From NCBI RefSeq assembly GCF_018350175.1, contig NC_058368.1:32986001-33050000 (forward strand): a DNA stretch of 64,000 nt, in the 5' to 3' direction. Origin of the DNA: Felis catus (lineage: Eukaryota). Each line of letters starts with the position of its first letter. Positions within the stretch are counted from its first letter, which is position 1. The notes under the pieces are model-generated. The model was not told the DNA's origin. It worked only from the letters and a program-made list of their open reading frames with translations, and ran no database searches. Shown here piece after piece: positions 25,349 to 38,374 of the stretch. Made by a program: the position numbers and the translations under genes.

Positions 25349-27618
25349 TCATTTTCCCCATCATATCTAAGGAGCATATCCTCTAAGATACAATTCATTA
25401 CCTCAAGGAAAACTTAGTATCTTTTCTTCTAGCTTAATGAGTCTCCCCCTTAAATTTTTGTTTTTGTCCTAGAACTGCCTACGTTATCAGCCTATTCCAT
25501 GTCCTCCTTGGATTCCTAGGAAACTTGATTCCTCAGGATAGGGTATTTCAAAAATTTTTACATTATCAGAAACAAAGGAAAACATGGATACCCTGTCTCC
25601 TCCGACTGGGTAGGCTGGTCACACAAAGAACTTAAAAGTCAAAAAAGGTCACAGACTTAAACTTGTACCTCACATGGGACTTAACCTGCATTTTCAAATG
25701 TAGATAGAAAAATAATAAGAACAGAAAACTAATTCCTCTGACCTTTTATGTCCAAATGCACTGTATACAGAAACATTTTCTTTCCCCAATAGTTGAATCA
25801 TTACTACTTGCAGTGCAAGCAGCACCTTGATGTTTTGAGGTTCCCATGAAGCCCCATGAAGCTGGTGTATGCTGAGTTGTTCATACTTGCCTTAGGCATG
25901 AGGAGTCCACGTTCCTGTATTTAAGTCTGGGTGGCCCAGACCTTTGCAGAAGGACATTTCCATAAACTGAAATCTCAAGCTAAGATCAAAATGCCCTTGG
26001 CCTGAGGCTAAAGGACTCAGCTACACAGCAGCAGAAACTAACTGCTCAATTATACCAGCTTCAATCATAATAACATGCTATCAAATTTTCCTACCCTGAT
26101 GAAGGATTGTTATAATCCCTAAATTCCTCTCCCTATCTCTCAGTATCCCCAGCCAAAATGAAAGGAAATGGAGGATTTATTTTAACCAATAAAAAAAACC
26201 TCCTCTTTTCCTGGCCAAGATCGGAGCAATTGAGATATTTACAGCATAAAATTTCAGCAAATTGAAGAGCAAAACAGCACTTTATTGATAAAAGCTAGGT
26301 TTGAAAATGTGGCTTTCAGTCTTATAGCTAAGGGGCTTGCTAATATTATGCACTAGAATTAAGCTGATTTATCTTCTCAGACCAGAACATGATGGACAAA
26401 TATGACTTTCCTTAGAGGACAAATATGACCTTCCTGTACCTGTAAAATATCAATAGGCACAGCAGAATGTGGACTTCTGTGGTGACAATTCTTTAAGCAG
26501 GGAGGAAGAAGAAAAGGATGGACAGTGCTTGTCCATTCTTTTTCCAGAATCACTTGTAGCATTTGTTACTCTTTCTTTGTGGCTAGGCATCAGCGGTCTG
26601 AGGGATGCCAGAAGTTAACCCTGATAGCAGCTCCTCCCCAATGGAAAGAGAAAGCATGGTACAACAACCTATAGGGTTATGCACTTCTATCCAGAACACA
26701 TTGCTTCCATCCAAGGATAACTGAGAGTGATATGTGTCTCACATCTGCCTTGATTGGCAACACAGATTCCCATTTTATTACATTCAAATGTCATATCTGT
26801 AAAAACAAACATTTTCTTTAGAGTTATCTTGGGACATGAAACAACCACCTGTGATTTTTGTTTGTTTGTTTCAGAAAGCACTGATACACTCAGCGGCAAT
26901 TGTGCATTTGTTATAAATTCTACATATGTTATATACTTCCCCTGCAGGGAATTTTCCTAGCTTGATGATTGCAAGATAAATGTGTGTTTGGGACTGGGGT
27001 GTCGTGTTCTGCCATAAGTTACAATTTTGAAAGCCCAGAAAACTGACAGTAGCATTAAGGTGAAGCAGATTTACTTCAGTGGTTTCTTTCACTATTTCTA
27101 AAAGGGGATGCTATAGTAGAAAATGACTTTAAGTTATTTTGAAGAACAGACTTTATGTCATTGATTAGATGGAAACCAGCTACATTATTAATTTTAGAGT
27201 TAATATACAACTAGGGAAAAAGGAATTGAGGGGAAATAACAATGAAAGAGGTAATAGATTAGGTATAACATAATACATACAACAGTTAAAAACAACAAAA
27301 GGGGTGAGTAGGAAGGAGGAATAGAAAAAACTACTTGAGAATGAAATATGTCTTTAGTATTAATATTCTATTCTAAGAAAAGAAGTATTTAACTTCTTTA
27401 ACATGATTATAGGTGTCAGAACTAATTGGAAAGATTTCATTGTAGTGGGAGAGGTTGATCCCTCCTTAAAACTCTATCCGACCTCACTGGAATTTTTTTT
27501 AAAGTTTTGAAAAATTGTCAGATCTTGAATATGCAGATTGGAACAATGTAATAACTGGGCTGTTGAGATAGTGGGCATAGGCATGTTTATTTGTTAATTT
27601 TTAAAGAATGTTAAAAGT

Positions 27619-27835
27619 GGAGGCACCTGTGTGTCTCAGTTGGTTAGGCATCCGACTCTTGATTTCAGCTCAGGTCATGATCTCAAGGTTCCTCAAGGTT
27701 GAGTTGGAGCTCTATGTCGGGCTCTACGCTGACAGCACTGAGCCTGTTTGGAGTACTGTCTCCCTCTCTCTCTGCCCCTCCCCTGCTCAGTTGCTGTCTC
27801 TCTTTCAAAAATAAATTAAAAAAAAATTATTAAAA
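27619..27835 (+). mobile_element. CanSINE
   Basis: Head ggaggcacctgtgtgtctcagttggttaggc; degenerate TSD aaagaatgttaaaagt / aaaggactggtaaaagt. Confidence 0.92.
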
Positions 27836-28324
27836 AGGACTGGTAAAAGTACATTTCTTGCAGAACTCCATTTGTATTGAAGTTTAGTAATATGTTTCAT
27901 TAGCTTCTTAGTAAAATTAAGACTGTGTCCTCTTCTCCAGATGCCTCCTACTCTCTTTTCCCTTCTCAATCTCTATGTAACAGCCAAACCAAAAACCAGA
28001 ATTATTTTACTCTCTAGATGTGTTTATTCTTCCTCTGACTTCTAGATCCTTCTTCTAAGCAGAAGATAGTTCCTTTTTCCAGCAGCAAGATCTACTCTCT
28101 TTTTTTGCAAGCCTAATCTCTCTTGTCTTGAATGCCAGTCAGATTTTCCAAAAGCATTATTAAGGTACAGGTATACTTAGAAGATATTTTCATGTATTTA
28201 TGTTTAAAACCTTTCTAATTTCTTTGGGTTTCAAAATTATCTTTCACATATGACTTCTTTTTGTTAGATGCAAGTCTAAAATCTTAGTTTTTAATACTAT
28301 TGCTGTAAATACATCCATTTTACC

Positions 28325-28547
28325 TTCTTTTTAATTTTTTTAATGTTTATTTTTGAGAGAGAGAGAGAGGAGAGAATGTGAGTGGGGGATGGGCAAAGAG
28401 AGAGAGAGAGAAACACAGAATCCAAAGCAGGTTCCAGGCTCTGAGCTGTCAGCACAGAGCCTGATGCGGGGCTTGAACCCACCACCAGGGAGATCATGAC
28501 CTGAGCTGAAGTGGGACACTCAACCCACTGAGCCATCCAGGTGCCCC
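28325..28547 (-). mobile_element. CanSINE
   Basis: Antisense body; approximate TSD ccattttacc / ccattttaca. Confidence 0.94.
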
Positions 28548-31389
28548 CCCATTTTACATTTTTAAATATTTTACAAGAATTTTTTTCAATTATAAGATGA
28601 ACTTATGCTTATGATATTTATAAAATCAATGTCACAAAATTACTAGGGTTTAAAAAAATATCAAGGTGAAAGCATTAATAAGAAATACTGAAGAAGAAAA
28701 TGTTAATTGAACAATTTAACATTTAGCTGTAGCAACTCTTTTTGGATATTTATTACTTACTTTTTCTTTTTGATTTTTACATCTTAAATTGTATCTTAAA
28801 GTCACCTCAGGCAGTTAATCACTTCTCAGAATACATTTAAAGACACAAGGAGAACAAATACCCTCTAGAAAATGTAATTAATGTTTTATTACATTGAAAT
28901 GGGTATAAATAAATGATTAGCTTTATTTAAACTGGGTGTGGGGAAATGTGAGGAGTTTGTTAATTGATATAAGTGTACCCATGAAGGGAAAAAAATAGAT
29001 TTGGAAGAGTAGCTAAAGAGAGGTAGCGCTATACATAAAAATGTTGTTGTAAAGCTATATTACTTCACGTTATATTAGAAATTGTAAGTAAAAGCAAAAA
29101 AGGTTATATGTATATCTTCTATATTTAAAACTGAGAATGACATTTTAATTAAAGGAGGTGATCAAGTATTTATTAGGGCGAACAGATTAGAGTTTTACAT
29201 TCCATATGTACTTTCTACAGATGATGTTGATAAATACATATTCATTGGTACACAGGTGTCAGGGAGGAAATTGTATGTTATGGTTATAGGAATGCATCAA
29301 AATATATGTAAAACAGTTGACTGCTTCTAGGGAAAAAAATCAAAGGAAAGCAAAATCACTCAACTGCTGTACTTACCTCTATTCCCAATTTATTTGAGTC
29401 TCATTCTTAGGAATTTTCCTTCTATTTGAACTTTATTCTTTAGCCCTATCTAGGACTATATTATGTCCTCCTATGCCAGCCCGTCCATCACTTTTATGCC
29501 AGAATCACAGGTTAATGTTTAAGTCTTGTTGATTTAATGATATGCAGTCCAGTTATCAAGTGTTTGGTCTTTCTTACATAGTTAGCCTTAGGATCTTGTC
29601 TCATAAACTGCTTTGAAGCCAAGGCCCAATATTACCAATGCCCACACACTTCCTAGAAACAGCTCTTAAAAATAAAGTAAGGAACTGATTTCACTTATCT
29701 TCAATAAGGTCTTCATGCATTACTTTTAAATAATTATTAATTAAATCTATTTATTTAGGCCAAAGGGAGCTCCTATATTTAAATAAGGAAGTACTGTGTT
29801 TTTCTTAAGTTTTTATTTAAATTATAGTTAGTTAAGTTGTACTGTAATATTGGTTTCGGGAGTAGAATTCAGTGATTCATCATTTACGTACAATACTCAG
29901 TGCTCAACACAACATGAGCCCTCCTTAATAACCATCCCCCAGTTAGCCCATCCACTGCCCACCATCCCTCCAGCAATCTCAGTTTGTTCTCTGTAGTTGA
30001 GTCTGTTTTATGATTTGCCTTTCTTTCTCTTTTTTTTCCATTATGTTCAATTTTTTTGGTTCTTAAATTCCACATATGAATGAAATCCTATGGTATTTGT
30101 CATTCTTTGAATGACTTATTTTGCTTAGCATAATATACTCTGGCTCCATCCATGTCATTGCAAATGGAAACATTTCATTTTTTTTAATGGCTGAGTAACA
30201 TTCTGTTTATATATACACCGCATCATCTTTACATCAGTCAATGGGCATTTGGGCTCTTTCCATAATTCGGCTATTGTTGATAATACTGCTATGGATATCA
30301 CGGGGCATGTACCCCTACCACTATTTTTGTATCCTTTGGGTAAATACTTAGTAGTGCAATTGCTGGATTATAGGGTAGTTCTATATCTAACTTTTTGAGT
30401 GACCTTCATACTGTTTTCCAAGGTGGCTGAACCAGTTTGCATTAATATCAACAGCGCAAGAGGGCTCCCCTTTCTCTGCATTCTCACCAACATCTGTTGT
30501 CTCCTCTGTCATTAATTTTAGCCATCCTGACAGGTATGAGGTGATATCTCATTGTAATTTTGATTTGTATTTTCCTTATGATGTTGAGCATCTTTTCATG
30601 TGTCTGTAAGCCATCTGGATGTCTTCTTTGGAAAAAAAATCTCTGTTCACGTCTCTGCCCATTTCTTTAATAAGATTATTTATTTTGGGGTTGTTGAGTT
30701 TGGTAAGTTATTTATGTATTTTGGATAATAAACCTTTATCAGATATGTCATTTGCAAATATCTTCTTCCATTCTGTAGGATGCCTTTTAGTTGATTGTTT
30801 CCTTCACTCTGCAGAAGCTTTTGGTCTTGATGAAATCCAAATAGTTCATGTTTTATTTCGTTTCCCTTGCCTCTGTGATGTGTCTAGTAAAAAATTACTG
30901 TGACAGAGGTCAAAGAGGTTGCTGCATGTGTCTTTCTCTAGGATGGTTTCCTGTCTCACATTTAGGTCTTCCATTCATTTTGAATTTGTGTATGGTACAA
31001 AAAAGTGGTCCAGTTTTATTCTTCTGCATGTTGCTGTCCAGTTTTCCCAGACCATTTGTTGAAGAGTCTGTCTTTTTTTCCACTGGATATTCTTTCCTGC
31101 TTTCTTGAAGATGACGTAACCATACAGTTGTGGGCCCATTTCTGGTTTTCTCTTCCGTTCCATTGATCTATGTGTCTGTTTTTTGTGCCAGTACCATACA
31201 GTCTTGATGACTACTGCTTTGTAATATAGCTTGATGTCTGGAATTGTGATGCCTCCAGCTTTGCTTTTCCTTTGTTTTGGATTTTTGGAGTCCTTCATGG
31301 TTCCATACAAGTTTTAGGGTTGTTTGTTCTGGCTCTGTGAAAAATGCTGGTGGTATTTTGATAGAGATAGCGTTAAACGTATAGGTTGT

Positions 31390-31785
31390 GGGGTGCCTGG
31401 GTGGCTCCATCAGTTAAGCATGTGACTCTTGTTGTATTTTATTTTATTTTATTTTATTATTTTATTTTTTTTCAATATATGAAATTGATTGTCAAATTGG
31501 TTTCCATACAACACCCAGTGCTCATCCCAAAAGGTGCCCTCCTCAATACCCATCACCCACCCACCCCTCCCTCCCACCCCCCCATCAACCCTCAGTTTGT
31601 TCTCAGTTAAGCATGTGACTCTTGATTTCACCTCAGGTTATGATCTCACAATTTGTGAGATTGAGACCCCCATCATGCTCTGCACTGACAGCACAGGAAT
31701 TCTGTCGCCCTCTCTCTGCCCCTTCCCTGCACACAGTCTCCTTTGCACACTCTTTCTCAAAATAAATAAATAACATTTAAAAAAA
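31390..31785 (+). mobile_element. CanSINE inside the L1, itself split by an L1_Fc 3' fragment
   Basis: Head ggggtgcctgggtggctc resumes after 31624; TSD aaacgtataggttg / aaatgtgtagattg. Confidence 0.92.
31432..31602 (-). mobile_element. Short 5'-truncated felid L1 (L1_Fc-type) 3' end
   Basis: caatatatgaaattgattgtcaaattggtttccatacaacacccagtgctcatcccaaaaggtgccc; perfect 22-bp flanking repeat 31410-31431 / 31603-31624. Confidence 0.93.
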
Positions 31786-32439
31786 ATGTGTAGATTGCTT
31801 TGGGTAGTGTAGACATTTGAACAATATTTGTTCTTGGAATCCATGAGCAAGAAATGTTTTACCATTTCTTTGTGTCCTCTTCAATTTCTTTCAGAGTACA
31901 GATCTTTTACCTCTTTGGTTAGGTTTATTCCTGGGTATCTTTTGGCTTTTGATTTAGTTGTAAAAGGGATCAATTTCTTGATGTATTTCTGCTGTTTCAT
32001 TATAGGTATGTAGAAATTCAACTGATTTCTGTACATTTAATATTCTGCGGGTTTATTGAATTCATGTATTAGTTCTAGCAATTTTTTTGTTGGAGTCGTT
32101 ATGGTTTTCCACATAGAGAATCGTGTTGTCTGTGAATAGTGAAAGTTTGATTTCTTTATTAGGATGCCTTTATTTCTTTTTGTTCTCTGATGGTTGAGCT
32201 AGGACTTCCAGCACTATGTTAAATAACAATGGTGAGAATGGACATCCCTGTCTCGGTACTGACTGTAGAGGAAAAGCTCTGAGTTTTTCCCCATTAAGGA
32301 TGATATTAGCTGTGGGTTTTTCATATATGGCCTTTATGATGTTTAGGTATATTCCCTCTATCCCTACTTTGTTAAGAGTTTTTTTTTTTTTTTATCAAGA
32401 ATGGATGCTGTATTTTGTCAAATGCTTTTTCTGCATGTA

Positions 32440-32648
32440 TTTTTTTTTAAATCTTTGAAAATATTTATTACTTTTGAGAGAGAAAGCATGAGCAGGGTGG
32501 AGCAGAGAGAGGAGACACAGAATTTGAAGCAGGCTCCAGGCTCTGAACTGTAGGCACAGAGCCCACTGTGGGGTTGAGTTAAAGAACCATGAGATCATGA
32601 CTCAAGCCAAAGTTGGACACTCAACTGACTGAGTCACCTAGACACCCC
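32440..32648 (-). mobile_element. CanSINE inside L1 ORF2
   Basis: Antisense body; L1 sequence resumes tattgatagg. Confidence 0.93.
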
Positions 32649-33253
32649 TATTGATAGGTTCTTACATATATTTTTTTATTAATGTGGTATATCACGTGGA
32701 TTGATTTGTGGATATTGAACCATCCCTGCAGCCAAGGAATAAATTCCTTTGATCACGGTGAATAACTCTTTTCATGTCTGTTGAATTTGATTTACTAATC
32801 TTCTGTTGAAAATTTTTGCATCCATGTTCATCGGGGATATTGGCCTGTAATTTTCCTTTTAGTGGGGTCTTTGTCTGGTTTTGGAATCAAGTTAATGCTG
32901 GCCTCATAGAATTAGTTTGGAAGTTTTCCTTCCATTTATATTTTTTGGAACAATTTGAGAAGAATAGGTATTAACTTTATTTTAAATGTCTAGTAGAATC
33001 CCCCTGGGAAGCCATCTGGCCCTGGACCTTTGTTGGGAGCTTCAGTTTCTTTACTGGTTATGGATGGATCTGTTCAAATTTTCTATTTCTTCCTATTTGA
33101 GTTTTTGATAATTTTTATGTTTTGGGGAATTTACCCATTTCTTCCAGATGGTCCGTTTATTGACATATAATTTTTCATAATATTCTCTTATAATTGTATT
33201 TCTGTGGTGTTGGTTGTTATCTCTCCTCTTTCACTCATGATTTTATTTATTTG

Positions 33254-33284
33254 ATTTTAGTATATGTGCTGCCGAAGCGAGCAC
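33254..33284 (-). pseudogene. RNU6: 3'-truncated, tail-less U6 snRNA retrocopy (U6 nt 1-31)
   Basis: Reverse complement reads GTGCTCGCTTCGGCAGCACATATACTAAAAT, the 5' end of U6; perfect 17-bp TSD tgattttatttatttga at 33238-33254 and 33285-33301. Confidence 0.95.
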
Positions 33285-33499
33285 TGATTTTATTTATTTG
33301 AGTCCTTTCTCTTTTCTTTTTTGTAAGTCGGACCTAGAGGTTATCAATTTTAATAATTCATCAAATAACCACCTCTTAGTTTTGTTGCCTACATTACTTT
33401 TAAAGGAAAATAACTTGAATGTTTAAAACAATGTACAGGAAAAATTACATGGCAACCAGACAATGTGATTTTTCTTTTAATAATATTTTTAATTTTTTA

Positions 33500-33685
33500 G
33501 TGTTTATTTTTGTGAGAGAGAGAGAGAGTGAGTTGGAGAGAGGGAGGGAGGCACAGAATCCAAAACAGGCTCCAGTCTCCAAGCTATCAGCACAGAGACC
33601 AACATGAGGCTTAAACTCGGGAATGACCAGATTATGACCTGAGCTGAAGTCAGATGCTTAACCAACTGAGCTACCCAGGTGCCCC
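33500..33685 (-). mobile_element. CanSINE inserted in the tail of the next SINE
   Basis: 18-bp TSD aatatttttaatttttta at 33482-33499 and 33686-33703. Confidence 0.92.
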
Positions 33686-33899
33686 AATATTTTTAATTTT
33701 TTAACTATATTTATAATTCTTGAGAGACAGAGTACAAGTGGGGGAGGGGCAGAGAGCGAAGGAGACACAGAACCGGAAGCAGGTTCCAGGCTTTGAGCTG
33801 TCAGCACAGAGCTCAACGCAGGACCCCAAACCATGGACTGCAAGATGAAGACCTAAGCTGAGGTCGGACCCTCAACTGACTGAGCCTCCTAGGTGGTCC
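33686..33899 (-). mobile_element. CanSINE
   Basis: Antisense body ggagacacagaaccggaagcaggttccaggc...gactgagcctcctaggtg. Confidence 0.92.
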
Positions 33900-33934
33900 A
33901 TTATATTTTTAAAATATAGGAAAGTTAGAGAATT

Positions 33935-34105
33935 AGATTCTGTCAAATGATGCTTCTGTCACTGATTTTGACCCTTCATTGGTTGGAAAACTGTGCAAAT
34001 TACATACTTCTAAACCTTAGTTCTTAACTGTATCATGGGATTGATTGAGATAATGCATATAAAGAGCTCAAATCATTACCTGTCACATACTGTTTGGCAA
34101 ATGAG
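33935..34105 (+). mobile_element. MIR
   Basis: gcaaattacatacttctaaaccttagttc...tgagataatgcatataaagagctc...cctgtcacata. Confidence 0.65.
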
Positions 34106-34752
34106 AATCTAACAAAAAAATTACCAAACTGAACACTTACTTATCAATCAGTATGATACATACTACAAGTTTGTTTTTATATAACCCATAAAAATGCAAC
34201 ATAAAATATAACAAAAAACATAGTATATCAAACAAAACAGTGAAAGCAATTCTGTAAATACAACAATAGTTACCTGTTTTATAATGTTTCGAATTAAACC
34301 AGAGGCCAAAGTGTCCTCTGGTCTTGGTGAATGTGTAAAGGAATCAGCAAAAACAAAAGACAAAGGAAAAAAAGAGAGAATAAAGGATAACCTGTGGTCT
34401 ATTTCATCAAGAAGACATTTTTGTCCATCTTTATGTAATAGACATGACCATGTGCACTTGGGTATAAATAACATTTCAGAGATGACAAGCATTTAAATCT
34501 ATACCTCTCTGGGAATGGAACTGTTTAAGTAGACAGACTTATCTCATCAGTGTCTAAATACTTGCTTACTTCATAACCCCCATTGGCAAAACTCACTTGA
34601 TTTGAAAGCCAAAGACAGAGAAAATTAGCAGAGCTCAAGAAAAGCATGACCATATTATTGGCTTTAAGCCAAGGAATCAAAACTCGTATGCATAACCTCT
34701 GTCACTAAGGTATGGAGGAGAGGGCATAACATAGGGATAAAAAGTTCTCTCA

Positions 34753-34754
<2 letters not shown>

Positions 34755-34802
<48 letters not shown>
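34755..34802. repeat. (AT)n microsatellite
   Basis: About 24 perfect AT units. Confidence 0.98.
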
Positions 34803-34807
<5 letters not shown>

Positions 34808-36382
34808 CAGTGCATAAAAAGTTGAATGGGTTGTTGTAAGACTTGTAGTGGAATATTGACATTCTTCAATTATATCATTTAGCTTTGTGTAATCTAAATT
34901 TATCTATTATAATTGAAGCAAAAATAATAGACTTCTTCATCATTCATAGGTCAATAGGAAATAGGACAGATGGTAATATTTCATTGTTTCTTACTAAAAC
35001 TTTAGTCCTAGTGAGAAAATGTCATAATTGTATCACTTTACTTGCGGTGTATTGATGACAAATGACAGGAGAATGAATAATGTAAAAACTATAATTTACC
35101 GTTCTGTCCAGTAACTTGATTTTGCATTACTTGAACTCATTAATGACTAGGTATTAAAGGCGTAAACATCTATGCAGCTTTAAAATATATTACATACTAT
35201 TCTTTCAATAAAACTATATGGATAACAATTATTATATTCAAGTTACGGTTGTCTTTGCTAGTCAAGAACTTAATGTCAATTTCTTTCAAAACAAAAATGT
35301 GCTATTTATGTAAATACATGAAGAGTAAAATGTCTCAGCTAATAAATTATTCAGAAACAATGTTTACAAACAATGAAGAACATATCTATGCCATTAGGAA
35401 CATCTGCTATGCAACAGATATATGTGCCCTCATACCCCTCAAATAACATATGCTTCCTTTTAAGTTGGAATATAATTAATTGAAGTTAAGAGCAGGCAAA
35501 ACCATCATATGGAGGTCCTTAGCAAGTATCATGAAGCATTGGGTGAACGTTTATGGAAAATGATAAATTCTCTCACGCTTCATGCATTGGAGTATTAAAC
35601 CAACCACAGGTGATCATTTCTGATACCTTTCAATTTTTTTTTTCAATAATTTTTCAGGTCCTTAGGAGAGAGTTTTATACTTCTACCTTTTCTCTCTTCT
35701 AATTTATGCATCATTTGCTTAGACCAAGAAAATGCCCAGATAGAGGAAGAAAATTATTCTCCACTTTGAAAATTGACTTAGATTATTTTTAAATTTTGTA
35801 TACTTTGTTAAAAGTCCAGTAGAGAAAAAATTAGTATACCTCAGAGAAAACAGCCTAATAAAGCATGATAAGTAAAGTTTAGTCAATTTGGTTTTACCAA
35901 CAAGAAAGTGTATATCAACATTCCCTTGTGCACACTCAAGAAAGAAAATAACTTAGGTTTAATCAAGTTATTTTCTAGTTAATGGATTGAATTTTGGAAT
36001 TAATGATGAAGTTAATTCTTATAGGAGATAGAATTATATCTGCAATTAAAAACATGTAATATGCAAATAACATTATATAATATATAAATATTATATATTC
36101 TACTATATAAATATATAAATATACAGCATTCAAGATTATTAAGAATTTTACATTTTCCTTCTTGGTGCTGCTATTGCAGACCTGAATAATAATAATAGTG
36201 ATAGTAATTCTTATTACTATCATTATTTTTATCGCAAAATGCTGAGCAGGTGCTCACCTTGCATGAGGAACAATTCCAACTCCCATACCCAAACCCAGGA
36301 GCCTGAAGTCTGATTCATCTGTTTCTATCATTGCTGTTACTAGCACAGGATTTTCTTCATGTCTATCTACTTATCCTATGTC

Positions 36383-37111
36383 TGAAGTCCTGACCAAGAT
36401 GGCTTTAATTTTCGCTTCAGCTTTACTAAAATTTAGACAGGTTTCTCCTTGACTGTATAGATCCCTAACCTCCCTGTTATTGGAGCATATATTTAGAAAA
36501 ACTGGAATTGTAAACTCTTTCTGTTTCCTGAGATGTAAATTTTCTTCAAACCTCTTGCCAGTTTTATAGTCCCAGGATGTCTTTCCTAAACACAAGAGAA
36601 ACATCTTTCTGTTTATTTTTTTAAAGTTTATTTATTTCTTTTGAGAGAGTGTGTGTGTGAGTTGGAGAGTGACAGAGGGAGGAGACAGATCCCTATGAGG
36701 TTCTGTGCTATTAGCACAGAGCCCTATGTGGGGCTCAACCTCATGAACCATGAGATCATGACCTGAGCTGAAATCAAGAGACACTTAACCAACTGAGCCA
36801 CCCAGGTGCCCCAAGAACGATCTTTTAGAAATGGCATCATCCAGAAGGAGAGGGCCTCTATCTCCCATTGAGGGTAGGAAACTAATTTTGCTAAATTCCA
36901 ATTAGTAAACACAGATGTTTTAATCACATTAACCAACTTCCCCCCTAATGTCTTCACAGGCTTATGCAAATACTTGAAAAACCTCCCACCTTTTGTGTAA
37001 GAAGAGTTGAACTCAGTTCTTTATGGAAGTTTCTCTCCCCTACCACAATAGTCTGAATAAAATCTGTCTTGTCCTTTTATGACAAGTGTCCTTTGAAACT
37101 TTTATTTGGCA
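36383..37111 (+). mobile_element. Solo LTR, MER67-like (ERV1 class), split by a SINE
   Basis: TG...CA ends; tttagacagg, ttagaaaaactggaattgtaaactctttct, gagggtaggaaactaa, caatagtctgaataaa polyA signal. Confidence 0.75.
36611..36812 (-). mobile_element. CanSINE
   Basis: Antisense body ending ctgagccacccaggtgcccc. Confidence 0.93.
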
Positions 37112-38374
37112 GTATTTAATTTTATGCTTACTCTCCTATGATACTATCTGTTAAAAGCTTTTAACAGCTCAGAGCAGTTAGGATACAGTTTGCATGCATA
37201 TAATACACCTAGATAAAATTTCATAAAGAAAAGTTTAGTGGATTACCTTTTGTCTTTGTTTAAGTTTTATGGGTTTTTTTTTTTTTTGGTTTGTTTTTTC
37301 ATTTGTTTTTCCAAAATAAATTTTATGTTCACTGGCTTAATATCACTGGAGAGGAAATGGAAAATTCTGACATTGAAATATGTTTTGGTAGTAAATAGAC
37401 AGAGGGAGGCATATTGTCAGGGAAAAGGTCTCAGTAAAGTGAGTTACAAAATTTGTGGTACTTTGATTTCTCTTTTAAATCAAAAGCAATTTTATTGAGA
37501 AATGTATAGCTTAAAGTCAGGTAGCCAGGAAAGGGGAGTCACACCTTATCTTGCAGACTCAGGAGACTAAAACTTCTAAGAAGTAATCTGCCAGCTTCAT
37601 TATACTCATGTACTTAATAGGAAAAGGTAAATCAGCTACAGGAAATTTCAAAATCTTTAACTTCTTAATATACTTGTTAACGAATTCACTTAATTGATAG
37701 TGTCAAAAGAAATTACAAAACAGATGTAGAACATGGTACCACATATCATAACGACAACAATAGTAATGTGGTAATGATAATTATAATGACAGTAGTGATG
37801 TCCATTGTTTAGTAAATGAAGAAGTGTCCAAATGTAGGTAGCGTTAACTCTTCATATTTGACACCTCTCTTATCAATATAGGTTTATATTTAAAGAAATG
37901 CAATGTGCAGACTTCACTCAGTGAAAATCTCTGCCTGATCTCCAGAATGACTTACCATCATAAAATATTTTCAACTTTTCTTGATACAGTAAAATTATTG
38001 ACTTTTTTTGTGTGTATTACATACAGTTCTGTTATTGACTGGGTTTAATTATTATTTTAATTTGGCAAATGAATGTTATTTTGCTCTACATAAACTCTCT
38101 TCTGATTGCTTTATTTATTGGTTTTACTAATTTCTAATATAAATAAAAAATGCTACATGATAAACTTGAAAACAACAGCATCTTAAAAACATTTTTTTGA
38201 CCTGTGAGGTTTCTTACCTTATTTAAACATATATTTTGCATATTTTAATAATATGCTCTTGTGTATTATTTTTATTATATTACATACTATTTTCTCCTGT
38301 TGACTAAATATGGATATTTTTGCCATTTATGCTTTAATAATGTTACAGATATTCAGACAAAGTAATATATTTTA

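Larger units (their letters stand above)
29799..33387 (-). mobile_element. 5'-truncated carnivore L1 (3' UTR plus decayed ORF2), with nested SINEs, an L1_Fc piece and a U6 fragment
   Basis: Carnivore L1 3' UTR; ORF2-like peptides in the ORF track (KAGGITIPDIKLYYKAVVIKTVWYWHK; FNAISIKIPPAFFTE); many frameshifts; 17-bp TSD candidate 29714-29730 / 33388-33404. Confidence 0.95.

Noticed and set aside
26394..26435. Two-copy 23-nt direct repeat (similar short duplications at 7860-7886 and 25844-25863)
   Set aside because: Ordinary slippage duplications; no spacers or array, so not CRISPR-like.
30975..31410. ORFs with L1 ORF2-like peptide
   Set aside because: Fragments of a frameshifted, 5'-truncated, multiply interrupted L1; not an intact CDS.
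36250..36330. Strong minus-strand donor AAG|GTGAGC (similar isolated donors near 37955 and 60795)
   Set aside because: No good acceptor or polypyrimidine tract upstream; expected by chance.
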